DNA of 64,000 nucleotides from Balanoglossus misakiensis (Eukaryota; Animalia; Hemichordata). Under the pieces are notes generated by a model. It had not been told where the DNA came from, searched no databases, and saw nothing but the letters and a program-made list of their open reading frames with translations. Both the position numbers and the translations under genes were made by a program. Below are positions 31,601 through 46,600 of this stretch, piece after piece. The stretch spans positions 7,179,677-7,243,676 of the forward strand of contig CM082592.2 in NCBI GenBank assembly GCA_040954595.2, given 5' to 3'. Each line of letters begins with the position of its first letter. The first letter of the stretch is position 1.

Positions 31601-34600
31601 GTGCTGCCGCCGCCTGCAAGAAACAGAGAGATGACAATATATCAAGATCACACCTCAACGCAAATTTTGACGTATATTCGATCTGATCAAATCTTCACTT
31701 ACCCTTTACCGCCCCGGCAGCACCAAGGTGAATGATGGCGGCCAACACAGCCCACAATGCCCTGCATTCTTCATCCCGGATTCCTAACACTTTACAGGCA
31801 CTCAGCAGTAGCGCCCAGTTGGAGGAGTGTTTCTGTTTGGTTTCAGGCTGTTGGGGGAGAAATAGGGAATGTCTCAGTACCTGGTTATTACTGAAAGTGA
31901 GATTTACACAATTTCCTCATTGCCATCTTAATGCTGTGAACATATCTCCCACCAGTCGTATTGAAACTCCTCTAAACTGTTACCTCAGTGTTTATCGTGT
32001 ATTTAATGTGTATGGGAATCTAAAATCTGGATTGATAACAATCAATTAATCCTACATTCAGCGGTTGATACTTACTGATAACCTTGGTTTTAGGAATAAA
32101 TTGGCATCTGTTAAGTTGTTCAAGTGAAGCTCATTCCTGCAAAGGATATGATGGAAGGATGGTGTTAATGCTGGTATGACTAAATATTTTATTTTTTAAT
32201 ATTACCAGGAATTTCTTGAAATGCTTCAGATTTCAAACTTTGTACATTGGCACACACACCCATACATACATACACACACACGCACATACAGTGACATACT
32301 GTGTCAACACTTACTTCAGTGGCTGATCAGCACCGGCTAGTAAATCATAGAAAATGTTAAAATTGGGTTCTCCTGGAGGTCGCTTCACAACTCTCAGTTT
32401 ATCTAGTAACAGGACCTGAGAAAAAACAGAGAAGGTGTTAAATTAATATCAGTCAACTCTCCAAAATTACCGATGTTTACTTTATTAAATGCTTGTCACC
32501 ATTTTCAACTAAAACCACATCTTAATATTACACAACTTAAAATGTTACTGATAAACCATCTTGCACTCTTTATTCCAAGAGTACAGCGCCACCATGTGAC
32601 ATATTCAGCTTGAAGGGCGAATAGTAAAGACGATGTACCACATGACGAGGGCGTGCTTTATGAAAAACTCAGAGGACCCACTCACCTGTAAGGACATAGC
32701 AGCTACTTGTCCCGCGTGGTCAAAATCTAACGAGTACAGCTGAGTACACCTTGTGGCGTTGACATTCTGAATGGTTTTGCTCTGGCCGAAGGCTTGTATC
32801 AGAACATTGATGGAGCTGATTTTGTCAACTGTTGGGATTCAGAGCGAGAGTTCTGTCAGATGGAATATAATTTCTATAGTACCGGGATTTAGGTCTATGT
32901 ACAGTCACTTTTGATGACAGCATAGTACCATCAGAAAAGCTAGTCAACTTTTACTGAGTGATGTTATCAATCCCGAGCCTGGGTGCGCCCTCCATGCCAG
33001 GAAAAACAAGTTACTTTTGTTTAAGCCCACTGACTCGCACGAAATACCCTCACACATCTCAAGAGAAGTATCGGCTTCTCACCTGTTATCTTAGCACTAG
33101 CAGAGCCGGCAACATGAGCCAAGTAATTCAACACGTGTCTGACACTGGTCGTCTTGCCGCTGCCGCTCGGCCCGGTTATGACCACTGAGTGATCGGTTCT
33201 GGACGACAGCATTCCCCTGTAGGCAGTCTGAGCTATGGCGTAGATGTGGGGCGGCATGTCTTCTTGTTTACATCCTTTGAACATGTTCATCACCTGTCAA
33301 AATCAAACAATGTCACTTCAAGTTCTCTCTTGTACGTTGTGTCTAGCATTACATACTAGTATCCTTTTCATTTTGCTCTGGTCCAAAAGGGTTAATATTG
33401 TATGTATTACACTGAATGATTTATGATGTCATACATCTATCAACAATCTTCAGGATGTAAGGTCATGTATGCGTCATGAAAGTGGATATACCAGATATAC
33501 ATTTCCTGTAATCACAAGTTATCTCACTTCACTAATCTAGGGTCTTCTGATTCTCGTGAAAACAAAGAACACTAATCAAACATGTGTCCAGACAGGACCT
33601 AATATAGACTGACATCAAGACTGTTTAGTATGAGAGAAAGAAAATCTGCAGACAATTTTTTTTATTTCTTACCTTCTCAGCATAAATCGACAGTTGACTC
33701 ATGGGGTTGATGATGACCAAACTCGCCCCGGCGTAGGTGTGGATCAGGTTGCTGCCGTAGCGCTGGCGTAGCGTATGCAGCACGCCCGATTCATTGAGGT
33801 AGCGCAGCGTTGCGATGTCTTCCACTCGGTCAAAGTGTGGTGGATTAGACTGCAATGGCAAGCGACAAGAAAGTTCTTAGAGAACACATCACAATGATTA
33901 AAAGTCACAGATGAAAAATCAGGTGATTTTATCTCAGCAGAGCTTGTGAAATGACAAACAAGATTCCGTGATGAAAATACTGGGAACATTCCCACCTTTT
34001 CCACATATTCCTCGTCCACTTCCAGGACTTCTTCTCCGGCTCCATGCTCCAGCTTGACCTTGACTTTGCCTTCCGGTAGTGCTGGATCGTTCAATAACTT
34101 GGCAGCGGTGAATCCACCTTTATGGACCAACCATACCTTCTCCGCTTTCAACCAGGCTTTCTCCGACGCTAGCTGGTCTTCTGTCTTGGCCTGCAAAGAA
34201 GTGAAAAAAAATAGACTGACTTAGACTGTGTTTCATTTGACGCAGTCGCAATAAGAAGGTTTCTTGACCACGTCAATGACTGAAATTTGGCACGGCTCAG
34301 TCCAATACCAAGTCCATCACTTCTTTGGTGGACTGGTGGATATTTTGGTGAGAAAAAGCTCATGACTCTACTGAGTATAGCTTCATGAATCATATCATGA
34401 AGAACTTGACTACAAGATGAAATACTGGTCCATTCAATACTCCTGGTTGGAGATTAAGCGACAGAGATAACCTGTGATCATGAACTCACACGGATTTTTC
34501 CCCTCTGCACAAAACCAGACACCCTCTCCGTCCCAAACGAGCCCACCACTTGGGTGACACTCATAATGGATCACAGACTCAAGGGTTGCCTGTGCCAAGC

Positions 34601-37600
34601 GAAGCCGAGCCCTCGAATTTCACACTGGGGTGGTGGACTGCGTAATTCGGCCAGCCACACCAGCGATCGGCCACTTCGCCTTGACCAACCCCAACGCATG
34701 TCGGAACATCTAGGGGGGATTGCCTTGTACAACACAACGGTGTTAGGATTCCCCTTTGTGGAGTTCTTTCTTCCCGAGTCAAAGAAACCAGAACCACAAG
34801 TCCGTGCGACAGAGGAACTGCGACAAAACACAAAGACGCCTTTTGTCCTTTTTTCAAGGATACCGTTCACTGGTTGTGATTCGTCTTAAAACATCCATTG
34901 TCAAACAACTGTGGGCTGGAGTATTACTATATAATGCCTCCAAGAAACTGTATACCTTGGGAAAATCCTACTGTTGTACATTGTGCGTCAAGCTTAACTC
35001 TTGCTTTTGGAGTTAATTTCATTGCGGATGGAGTATTTTCTCACGTCATCAGGTGGATTTCACACTAAGCTGTGTCAAGCACAGGTATGTGTATTTCTGG
35101 TAATACCGGTTATCCTTACATACGTGACTTACGTAATTACAAGGTCAATTTTCTTTCAAACCACTACCATTATTACCACCACCACCACCATCATCATCAC
35201 CATCACCATCATCAACATGACCATCATCTATGCTATGCTATCTCATGTGCATATTTTGACAACCATGGATCATAGTTGCACATTAACAGACACATTTCAA
35301 AACTCAGTGATGAACTCTAAAACAATGCCATGATACTGTTGATCACATTCCATCCACTAGTGCATCTGCCACAATAAAAGTACCGGTATTCTGATTTAAG
35401 CACAGAGATATGACCAGCCCAGGAGACATTACATATTTTTGTCTACCACATAGTCATGTCACATATTTCGGATTTTCATAACTCAATCAAAACCAATTAA
35501 AATAATTACTCCGATTGGTCAAGCAACTCATTTGTTCACACAGATTATGATGACATCATATAACTATGTCACAGCTTGCTATTTAGGCAACCTTCTCTCA
35601 ATTAAATATTTCAGATATCTTGAATTGTTAATTTTTTTAATGTGTTCTCATATTAGATCAACAAATGGAAACAAGGGTTCAAATATCAAATAACCTGTTC
35701 AGAGTTAAACTTTAACAAAAAAATTAAACATGAATGATCAGATGAACAGTTTTTTCCTGAAGGAGAGTGAAAAAGGGTGCCTCAATATTTGTTAATATTT
35801 CACCGATTTTGTAAAATTTGGACAATGGGCGGTTGAAATTAGAACAGACTGTATTGCGAGACCATATTAATAATTCAGTGAAACTGTGTATTACCTAATA
35901 TTATAACTGTCCCTGGGAGGCCATTTTGAATATAAAATATGACTCAGACAGAGACAATAGATGTGTAATTTTGCAAACGACTACCAGGACATCTATTTCT
36001 GAAATTTTGTTGATAACTGCACGCAGAAGTATGCAGCAAAATCTGTTTAGGTGAACTGTTATCACATTAGTTTCTGATGATGTAACTTTTGAAATCTGTA
36101 CACTGTACAAAGCTGTGATTGGTTTATGTTTTATCAGATTGCAGTCTACAGGTGATGTGTATATTCTATGGGTAAACTATTAATAAGGAGGGGTCTTGAG
36201 AAATAAAAGTAGGTCAAAAAGTGAGTAGTAATGAACACTAAGGAAGTGTATATACTGTTACGTGAAATCCAACGTGATCAAATCGTTACATATCACTGGT
36301 TCCCTTTTCCGCAGAATACAACACTTGAACTACAATATATTATATAATATGTACTTGTACCCAGATATAGACACTGAGAAATACTATCTATGATTGCCAA
36401 AAATTCCCATTGCAACATCAAGCCAAACCTTTGCAATACCCTTATCCACCTCGGGGCTAAACATATTTGTTTGCTGTGAGTGTGTTTGACGTACCGCTTT
36501 CAAAAGTTGCTGCAAATCGACGAGTTCTGAGTCTTCCATGTCCAGCTGTGGTACAGACACGCCGAATCGTCCCGGTCTGCGTTCGGTTGTTGATCTCTCT
36601 AATTAGAACTGACATTCAGACTCGCCATGGCGGTATTGTGTCAGACAAAGCTCGTTCTTAATGACCGGCCTATGCACAACCCAGCGAAGGTAAACACACG
36701 GTGGAATGTGAACTCCTAGGTGAGCTGGTCAAAATCAAGTTTGCAGGGTTTTGTCCACCAGCAAGAACGGGGTAAATCCGTTCATCAAATATCCTCCTCC
36801 CCTCACAGGCCGGATTAACTCTAACACTCACAATGCAGCCACATCACCAGGGCACTCTTAGCGTTTTAAAACCACACTGCCTTGAATTAAGTTATATTGC
36901 ACCTGCCTAATGGGGGCAATTTAATGGGGTGCCAGAATCTATCCCTCATTTCAGTGCCACCCACCCCTCTAACGAAGTAGTCCAGCCCAAATATCAATTC
37001 AGGATTGCTGAATTATCTGATTTCATGGGGTTTCATATTTGGTTTGGCACTGAGGGTCCCTCCCTATCTTCATTGGGAGCCTATAATTTAGTTCTGCCTG
37101 CAGTAGCTAAGAAGTGCTTGAGTGACTGATCGACTTCAATCATGTAAATGCTACATATGATACATCAAGTGTACCGCAAGGGGCGATCCCACCTCCCCAG
37201 CTTTTTAATAGATGCCGGCTGCAACCAGTAACTTTGCTTTCTCGTTATTTGGATTGATATGGCCAGGAACTAGGTAAGTTGAATGTATAGTTTTGAAACG
37301 TCCTTCAAAACTCCACTTCAACCCTTGGGATTTTTTTTAGAGGGAGGAGGGGGTCATAAACTTGACAGGAAGCTATAAAATAGACAAACACAAATATCCG
37401 ATGACTACTTGAAACTGAAACCAAACATTGGACAGCAGAATATTTCACCTGTTGATGAACAACAGAAAATACTGCATTTGAAACCTTGATTTGATGCCGT
37501 CATTTATGCAGATGTTTTTTTGCTGGTATTTCTTATAGTAAATTTCAGCATGCGAGGGCAAGGGAGAAAACTCCACTAGTCGTGTTCTGGTAAAATTATC

Positions 37601-40600
37601 ACATTTATCAATCATACCCAGACCCCCCTTGTGCACATATTAAACTGACTTAATTATAGACTCATTAACATTATTTATGATTGTTCCATACTAATTAGTG
37701 CGTGTTTACCTTGGCCAATTCGGGGATGGATTCCCACTGTTACAGCATTCAAAATTTGTTTATTCTGTCAGCATGTGGAACATCCCCCAGGGGTATTCAC
37801 AAGCTTATCCTTCTCAGGACAGATGCAGGCTTTGCAGATAATGCACCCAGCACTAAGCTTAAAAAGTGGAGGGTCACTTTGCAGACTCCCACTTGAATTG
37901 TAAAATTGACATGCACACAATATGTCCATGTCCAGGTTTATGATAATTTACTGCAGCTCAAGTACTCCGCAAACACATACGCTTGAAGTTGCTGGGTTTG
38001 TAGTTGAAGGAGTGGCCCTACTGACAGAGCCACTGTTTGCGATGGCAGATACAAGTCTAAACTTGACACACTTTTGGCGGACACTTTGCAAGGACACTGT
38101 GAATGGGGAGAGCTGCGGTTTAAACCCCCCGGTTGTTTAAAGTCATGAGTTTGGATGAACACATAGAAATGAGGCACCAAAGTCCAGAGGGTTCAACTAT
38201 ACTCCGTGTACAAGCAGAGATTGTTGATTCACTCTATCAATATTATCATCACCAAACTTCCAAACATTTCATACGGTAATTGGTAACACCGGAGGCCAAT
38301 CGCATCAAACAGATGAACTCACTAATAAATATGATCCTGACAATTCAACTATTTTAACGAGATTAAAATTCACAAAAATGGATCAAGATATAGTTTTCAA
38401 AGCCCACACTACTCTCTGTGGTGAATTAAAAATAGTTATCAATCTCAATGAAATGAGGAAGGACTGGGCTCATGACATGATCTCTCTGACCCGAGTTTTG
38501 TTTTTCATAACATCACAAAAGTTCATCACATAATGGTGGTCATTAAAGTGGCTAGAGCTTCTTAAATTACTCAGACGCTAAACACAATTTCTCCTCAGGT
38601 CCTCAGTAAACTGTTGATAGCTGCCAAAGTGTTAAACTATTTGTATCAAATTTTTCTTTCTCCTGTTCTTAAACCTTCACAGAATCATACCAACATCGTA
38701 TTCTAATATCATGTACGTTGCATCTTTTTTCTCTAACTTTTGATTATAAGTATTTGAGAACAGCCTTGAATCAATATCTTTATTAAAAATTGCAGATAAC
38801 TTCAACAGCCTCAGGCTGAGAAAAATAGTTTTGTTCAAGATTGCATGCACACAGATGATATCCATACAGTCTGCGTAGCATTCCATTGTCTTATCTGTGG
38901 ACATGCTGCCAACAGTTGGATAAACTATCCAGCAAAACACATTTTTGCTGCAGACTATATTCTGAAATGTACATGTATAGAGGGAAATGAACAGATTGGC
39001 AAGTGAAATGAAACTCATGATGTCACAGGTCACTGGGGTCAGGGGTCAAAGGGTCAAGCACCAGTGACAGTTGTCATTTCCCTGGTTTGTGTCTGATATC
39101 ATACTCACCGATCCCAAAAGGAATGGTAATTTAATATTTATAGGCTCTCCGAAAAAACCTACTCATGCATAAGATATGAAACTATGGCTTTATAGTCCTC
39201 TGGTTCTTTGTCATACAAGAGACACATCAGTCAAACCTATATCTGCAATTGTCTTTTGGAGTTTTCAACTGTGTACAGACACCAAGGTGTACAACATACA
39301 TGTACATGTACATGATGACATGACGCACTTAAGAATAACGTCCCCTAGATGACCAGCTCGGTGCCAACATAAAACTGTCCACCGACTGACAGACAATGAT
39401 GATCATGTTTCCTGATGACCATCAATAGAGAGGACAATACCCTCCCAAAGATTTAACGGGTGGTTTAAGTGTTTCGTGTCCGAACATGACAATGGCGATA
39501 ATCTCATCGCTTACCGGTCTCAGTCGGATCTCGAAGTAGCTTCTTTTGGGGTACATGATGCCGGGCCACGGTCTTGGGAGTCGCTGGAGTTTTCTGGAGT
39601 CTGTAACGCGAGGAGGCGTGGCAAGCACCTTAAAGAAACTGGTCAGTCATGGGATAGACACAGCAGCTACTGCATCAACGAAAGGAAACGCAGCTCACGT
39701 CGTCGTCGGGAGAGAGTGGGAATCTACGGTTATCAACCACCATAGCTCAGACTGATATTGAGAGAGACCGCGATGATAATCGCCCGACAAATGAGCGGTC
39801 AGCGTGTGATATTACCATCCTTGTATGGAATGAATGGTATGAAACGCACCCTGCCTGGGGAGATTGGCCTCCGGTGTCGGATTACACTCTGGCCGACCAC
39901 TAAACAGACCCCATGTATGTTGGATGTGTGTACATACACACATACACATACACATAAAGAAGACACTCTACATGTGATGAGAAACTCGCAAATATTATGA
40001 TGCATCTTCCATCCTTCCGTGCCGTGGTAAGTCTCCGTTTTCAATTATCAATACGATACTGCAGAAAGCATCAACTCTTGCAAACAAGTCGCAGGAGAAA
40101 ACTTGAGGCATGATGCTGGAACAATGCCCCGCCATTGTTTAATGCGTAAATGGAAGCAGTACGCTCTTTACTTGATACAGTCCACACATTGCACGTCTGT
40201 CCCTGACACACTTTCCCACGGGGGGAATGGGGACATGACATTGCTAATACACCACACAGACCACAATCATGAAAACCTGTAACACATATTGCACTTCTTG
40301 ATGTGTGTGCCAATCCAATATCATCTTCTTCAGGAAGTTCCCCTGCTGAGAAAGTCGCACGCACGGATTACGACTTCTCTGTGATGTAACTCGCGTTTGA
40401 GCGTGCAGGCAGCTCGCTCCACTGTGAGGGTATAGGCATGAGCAGGGCTTGACTGTAAGTCATGTAGGCCTGTTATGAGTGACTGGTTTCAAAGGCTGCG
40501 TGACATGGAGGTTAGCTGTCTGCAAGGTATACTGTATCTGTTGGACATCGACATCATAAAGAAGGCATTTAGAGACTTTAACAAGTAAGATCAAGTGTTG

Positions 40601-43600
40601 GCTTTCTGTCATGGGTTGGAAATTTCTTTACTTTTTTGTGTGAAAACCTACGCACCTACGAATGTTCAATTCTGTTCTGGTTCATTGCTGCCTTTAGTTC
40701 TGTACTGATTGTAATAATTTGGATCTTTGGCATTGTGCATTCTGCATGACTTGGCTTGGTCAGCTTATTTTGAGAGAGGCCTCGGGTCTCAGCCTGAATA
40801 AATGCACTTTAGCTAGCACAGATGGATCTTTGGATTAACTGTAGTAATCCACCCCAGTGCCCCACTGAAACAATAATGAGTTTTCTCGAACCAGTTCAAG
40901 TCAAGTTCAAAATAGGGTCAGTTAGGCACTTGCTATATCCAGTTCGGAAGCTACGGGAATCATCGGGAAAGCATGCAATAACTAAGTGATTTGTTTGCAT
41001 TTAGACCATGGTTGACGTGTGGACTGTAATCATGGCAGAGTTTAGATATAGCGTCCTGAGTACCACATTATCTGTGATGTACAACCGACTTATCAGATAA
41101 CTGGAAAGCTATGCCGCACCATATCTAGCTATTTATGGTGTTAAAGTTTCAGTTAGACAGACGGTACTTCAACATTCTCGAAGAAATCAACTGATTAAAG
41201 TCAGCCAAGATGACGAAAAACACACAAATCCATTCTACTAAATGTCTCCATTTGAACCACAAATGGTTGTTACACTGAGCCGTGAATGAAGCCACCAAGG
41301 AATTCAACAGAATGGCTTTTCGACACTCCCTGCCAATGAGGTACAACCAACGCCTCTGTCATTAGCCTATTTATTCTGAGGGTGACCTCGTCATCACACC
41401 CAGTCTCTTGAGATTGCCCTGCCCATACAAATGTGTTAAAAGGCCAAATTAAATCATTTATCTGCCCACTTTGTTCATGAGCACACAGCAGCACAGGTAA
41501 AATGACCACATTTTAATAAAATTACACTTTACTTATAGTTAAAGGGAACTTAAAGACGTTTGGATAAACTCCACAATGTAAATGTAAGATTGATACACCA
41601 TTATGAGCCAAAGCCCACAGTGATTGTGTTTTATAGGCATATATCACTTCACATAGATTAGACTTTGACACTTTACCACAAGGTCACAGTTCCCTACAAG
41701 AACCTAAAATTCGCATAACTGCAGATCTTTTCAAACACAGCGGCCAATCATACGAGAAGAGGCAAGACTGATATTGTCCACCATACCTTTCTTCTTTTGG
41801 CCATATTCTTCCACGTCAGCCTCGGAAAAAAATATCCCTGAAATTCCAAGCCTACTTTTCCGGTTACCTTTTCTGCGCTACACTCACGGAACCGCTACTT
41901 GGCTTACAGACAGCCATGGAACTACTGCAGAGTACAGGTAACTTGACCAGTTAGACACCTCTCTCGTGACGTGTTTTTAATGCCATAAAATTGTTGAAAG
42001 GCTGAGCAAACAACTCTTAATTGAACATTGGAAATGCATGGTTTGAACTCGCTGAACACCAGTAACAATGCGTACAACAGAATGCTTCAAATATCTAATT
42101 ACATTCGTGGCCAAGGTAACGTGGTTGAAAAACAAAAGAGGGTACAAAAGATACCTAGTGAGGGCTCCCTTACTGTTAAAGCGCACAGGTCAATATATTA
42201 CGATTGTCAAACTCCGGGTGTGGAATATCTTTACCACTCGTTATTTATGTTTATACCAAAAGTAACATCAGTTTCTCAGACTGATCAAATTCTGGGAAGT
42301 TTATGGGTGGATGGGGAAACAAGGGCTGCATTAGCTCGATGGGTTGTTGATGGAAATATTAAACAACACAATGGGCAGCTGGCTGTGGAAAAGCGTAGAA
42401 TTTGTATCAGACCATACTTGGTGATTGACGAGGAAGGACCATGGTAGAACAGAGACCAAATCTGGCTGGCTCAAAAGGACAATTGTCAGATGTGCCTTGG
42501 GCATGCCTGATCTACACACATGACTTGTGGCAAATGACACATCCTGCATGCTGGCAAAGACAGATGACAGCATGATCCTAGCAATCACACTGCAGTTACA
42601 AGTACGGCTAAAGCAAATACATGTTGAGGCACTGTGAAGACTGTCCTCTAGTGGCCAGGCATAGCAGAGGGTGACCTAATGTCATTATGCTCAGCAACTG
42701 CAGGTGGCAGGCATCAAACTGACTCTGAAAGATTGTAAATTCAGACACAGTGTTCTCAACCAGCCCAATAAATAACTTGACAATTTCTTGCTCATAAAAA
42801 TTCCCAGTCCTATCTTTTTCAACAATGTGGCTGTGATTAATAAAATTCAGGCTGAAGATGACCCTACACAGGTGCGACCTTCCGCTATCAGACAAATCTC
42901 AAGAGGTCCTTGTCAAGGTATCAAAGTGTTTGGGCAAAATCACTGAATACATGCATACTAACGACCGTCGTGAAGACAGATTCTGTGATTTACACTCCCC
43001 AGCATACCGCAACACCATGGTAATGGCAGTTGAAGGATCTGTCAATGTAAAATTATTACGCAGAAACAATAACTAGACACGCCCACCCTTCAAATTGTCT
43101 GGGTCAAGGGTCACACGAAATAACCACAGCACAAAATGCATTACAAATGCTGTCACGAATTAAAACCCAATTTTTCACTGGTTTCTTCCTCGTAGTGGTC
43201 AAGCTACTAAATCAGTCCATGGGGCCTCCAACTCACCAACTTCCGCCTCCTTACACTGAACACACCTTTACCTGAAGCAAATAAATTTTCAACATCACAT
43301 GTTTATACTGTTTCTTTACATAATTAGCAGACTCACAGGAAAGTGGGAAAAAGACACAGAGATATATAACAGTCCAGCAGGAGCCAAACTTCACCACTCG
43401 CCGAGAAAAAAAAAAGAATACATTTTTCGCAACTTGTTGTTACACAACTGTTCCCTGTATTTAAATACTTGAACCAAGGTCACACACAGTGGAATGTATT
43501 CACTCCAACTGAAGCCCTTTTCTTATCAATTATTCTTACCTGTGCACAAGTACAGGCTGGTGCCAGGTCACATTGTTCTCCAATCAATCAATCAATCAAT

Positions 43601-46600
43601 CAATCAACCCTTTAGCCCCAAGTGGACAACCTGAGTTCTTCCTGGTCTTGTCAAGTCTAACCCACTCACACCCAGTACTAAATATAACACATCAATGCGA
43701 GGCTTTATTTTTTTCAAGCTTGGTTAGTCTGCAAAGCAATAAAAAATCCTCCGAGCGTACCACTGACAGATAACATTCCAACCCTTAGAGAATTCTCTGC
43801 CTTGTCTTCCTGTTGAAATAAACCAACCTTTGTTTATTTCCAGGCATGTGTATCGTGATATTTTCACTGAATATTGAAACTGACCTTTGTCTGAAATCTA
43901 GTCTGGATATCGAAACTGACCTATGTTTGAAATGTACATATAGTACATGAAATGTACATGTAGTCTGAAATCTACACATTTTGAATACATGACAATACCA
44001 ACCTCCGTCTGAAATCTACACAAAAGCCAAAACAGGCCTATAGCAGACATTTATACAATTTAAATATGAAATCCATCCACTCCTTCCAGAAGAACTACTG
44101 CACATGTAGTTCGTCAGGAAGTGTTTGATGAAATCATAAATCCTATTCTGTTTCGGATTATACAAGAACATGTGACACATCTGCTCCTCAAATTACAAGG
44201 CCAAATACGCGAAGACATGTGTGCACTATCAATCTATTCTATGGGCCATTAGAATGAAGATTGATTGTAATTTGAAATTTGCCATGTAGACTCATATGTT
44301 ATGTCTAGGTCGACTTTTAATGAGCTGAAAATAGCTGGCCGTATGCAATGGCTGAGTTCGCGTGCAGTAATTGAACGCAATGTTACTGGATCAAAACTTT
44401 AATCATGTGAAATGATATAGCTGGTGTGTCTATACTGATGTATTTCCAAACATGGAAATAAACATGTGTTGGAATTGAAAAAAATCTACAATTTGATGAT
44501 ATGACCTCAACTGGACAGATTTCTGTCTTTGTGTTTGACATTCATCAACAAGTGAAAGCAAGATATACCCCTGGTAAAATTCCACACTGTCAGCATAGAG
44601 GCCCTCCATCTTACTTTCAGGTCATGAAAGATTAGCTCTGTGTAGTCTAGACAACGAATGTCTTCCTGTGGTTGACAATTATTTATGATCACAGAGGTGG
44701 GATTTCAGGGTGAAAATTGATATGGGTGGAAATTGACTGTCAAATCAACAGGGTCTGACACATTCCCAGAGTAAATTTACAACCCCTTGTCAACACTCAT
44801 ATGAGGAATTCACTCTTCAGTGAAAGTGAGTGCCTGGTTTCCAGTGTGCTGTTGACCGTGCAAACAGTAACTGCTCTGTCATCAAATAACTGTGGGTGGG
44901 TGTGGCTTTATTTTTGAACTTAGGACATAAAACACCTTGTTTGAGCCACAGTTGTAATCAAACACGTTTAGTCAATATTGAATTTTTCACATATAAATGT
45001 GACAGGTTCCTGTTTGACCAAACTATCTGTCATGTTCTGTATCCATGCCTCTGGATGAATTTTTCCCATTTTAACATAAAAAGAGATTAATTCACAAAGA
45101 CAAAATATCTCTGAACTCTTGCAGTACGACAGTTGAAACAGCTTCATAATGAACCCCACAATTCAGGATAAAACCACCATTCCCAAACCATAATGAATAA
45201 ATACTGGATTACTCCCGCTCGCTTTCCGGAACTTCCAATAGGGAATTAATCACTGTCATGCTATAAAATGCACCCTGTGGATAATGGGTTTTTATTTCAA
45301 AAATTAATTTTTGATGTTTGGTTTCCAATCTCAGATGTTCCACCTGCAGCTGAACCCACTGAAGGCTGTCATGCCATTTCCTTCTCGTCTCAGTTTGCAT
45401 AGATGAAATATAATGTGGAAATAAATTATTCAATTTTAGGCACACACCAGTTTCCAACCAGACCCTATATTAGTAATATCCAGGTTTCTACATAGCTATG
45501 GTGTGGAGATGAATGATATTCCTGGGGGTAGCCAATGAACATAAGCTTGTCTCATCAAAGAAATCTACATTTCATGTTGTCCGTCTCCACGGTTTCTTTT
45601 TCTGGAGTTTTAATTGCTGAGCTGTTGTGACTCCTAAAACAATGACATGCAAAACCAAGCATTCGAATCCACTGTTCTTAAAACTCAACAAACCCTGAAC
45701 AACAATTTGAACCATTAAGCATCCTTCAATTCTTCTTTGTTACTTTGCAGCACCCGATTACCAGCCGAAAGCTGCTTTCCATAAATCCATAATGATTTCC
45801 GACTCGAAAGCCGCTTTCTCGTAAATCCACACATGAGAAAAAATCAGGCAAGGTTCGGTCTTCTGGTACTTAAAACACGATAAACTCGGCCCCCCTGATT
45901 GCATAACGTAATCTTCACCAGTTCTATCCCTGATCTGTATTGTTATTTTAAATGAATTGTCTTTATCCAGAACTACCTTTATGCAAACGAGGCGCAGTCG
46001 AATTATCTTCATGCTAATGAAGCGTGGTGTCCATTCAGAAACAGAGTACTTTCGGTATGCCAGTATTATGCAGTGAATAAGTCTGTCAGACTATTACAAT
46101 TTCAACTGATTGGAAGCCAGCCCTGTAATAGCATTGGAGTAAACCTGATGATCTTTTGCATGTTAAGCCTTCTATACTGGGTACAGTGGTTGGTGGACTT
46201 TGCTCGCGCTCCTATTGGCCATTAACTGTCATCTGTGAAATTCCTTCATTGGTTGGATACTTTGGAGAATCAGATGGAAAAACAGACAAATGTTTATCCA
46301 GGCCAAAGAATTCTCCAGTTTAATTAAATGAGTACTGCTTGCACAAGGGTAGTGACTATATTTTTTAAACACCTGTTTACTTTGCATGTCAATCAACTAA
46401 AACAATATTGTCCCACAGGGATGTGTGATGGTAGGATTCGTTTATTGACTTGGAAATCATAAATCAATCATTGGTTATGTTGGAACACATTGAAGTCCCC
46501 AAGGCCAGATGAGGATGGCCACTATTCTCTCTAAAATACCACAGTCCACTGAGTTTACCTTGTAAATTAGAAATAACACTCCCTGAGCTATCTCTGACAA

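Noticed and set aside
32137-34865. U12-type 5' splice-site-like RTATCCTT strings (minus strand, ~32141-32149 and ~34856-34863)
   Set aside because: The first lies in the pyrimidine tract of an ordinary acceptor; the second has no exon context or plausible intron length. No U12 intron was needed for any gene model.
39100-43580. Donors near 39109 (TCG|gtgagt), 43237 (TTG|gtgagt) and 43540 (CAG|gtaaga)
   Set aside because: No in-frame ATG before a stop in phase 0. They also show that good donors occur without coding leaders, so some accepted candidates could be chance.
43875-44022. Short degenerate direct repeats (GAAACTGACCT.TGT.TGAAAT / GTCTGAAATCTACACA)
   Set aside because: Few, irregular copies in intron sequence, with no evidence of function or element structure.
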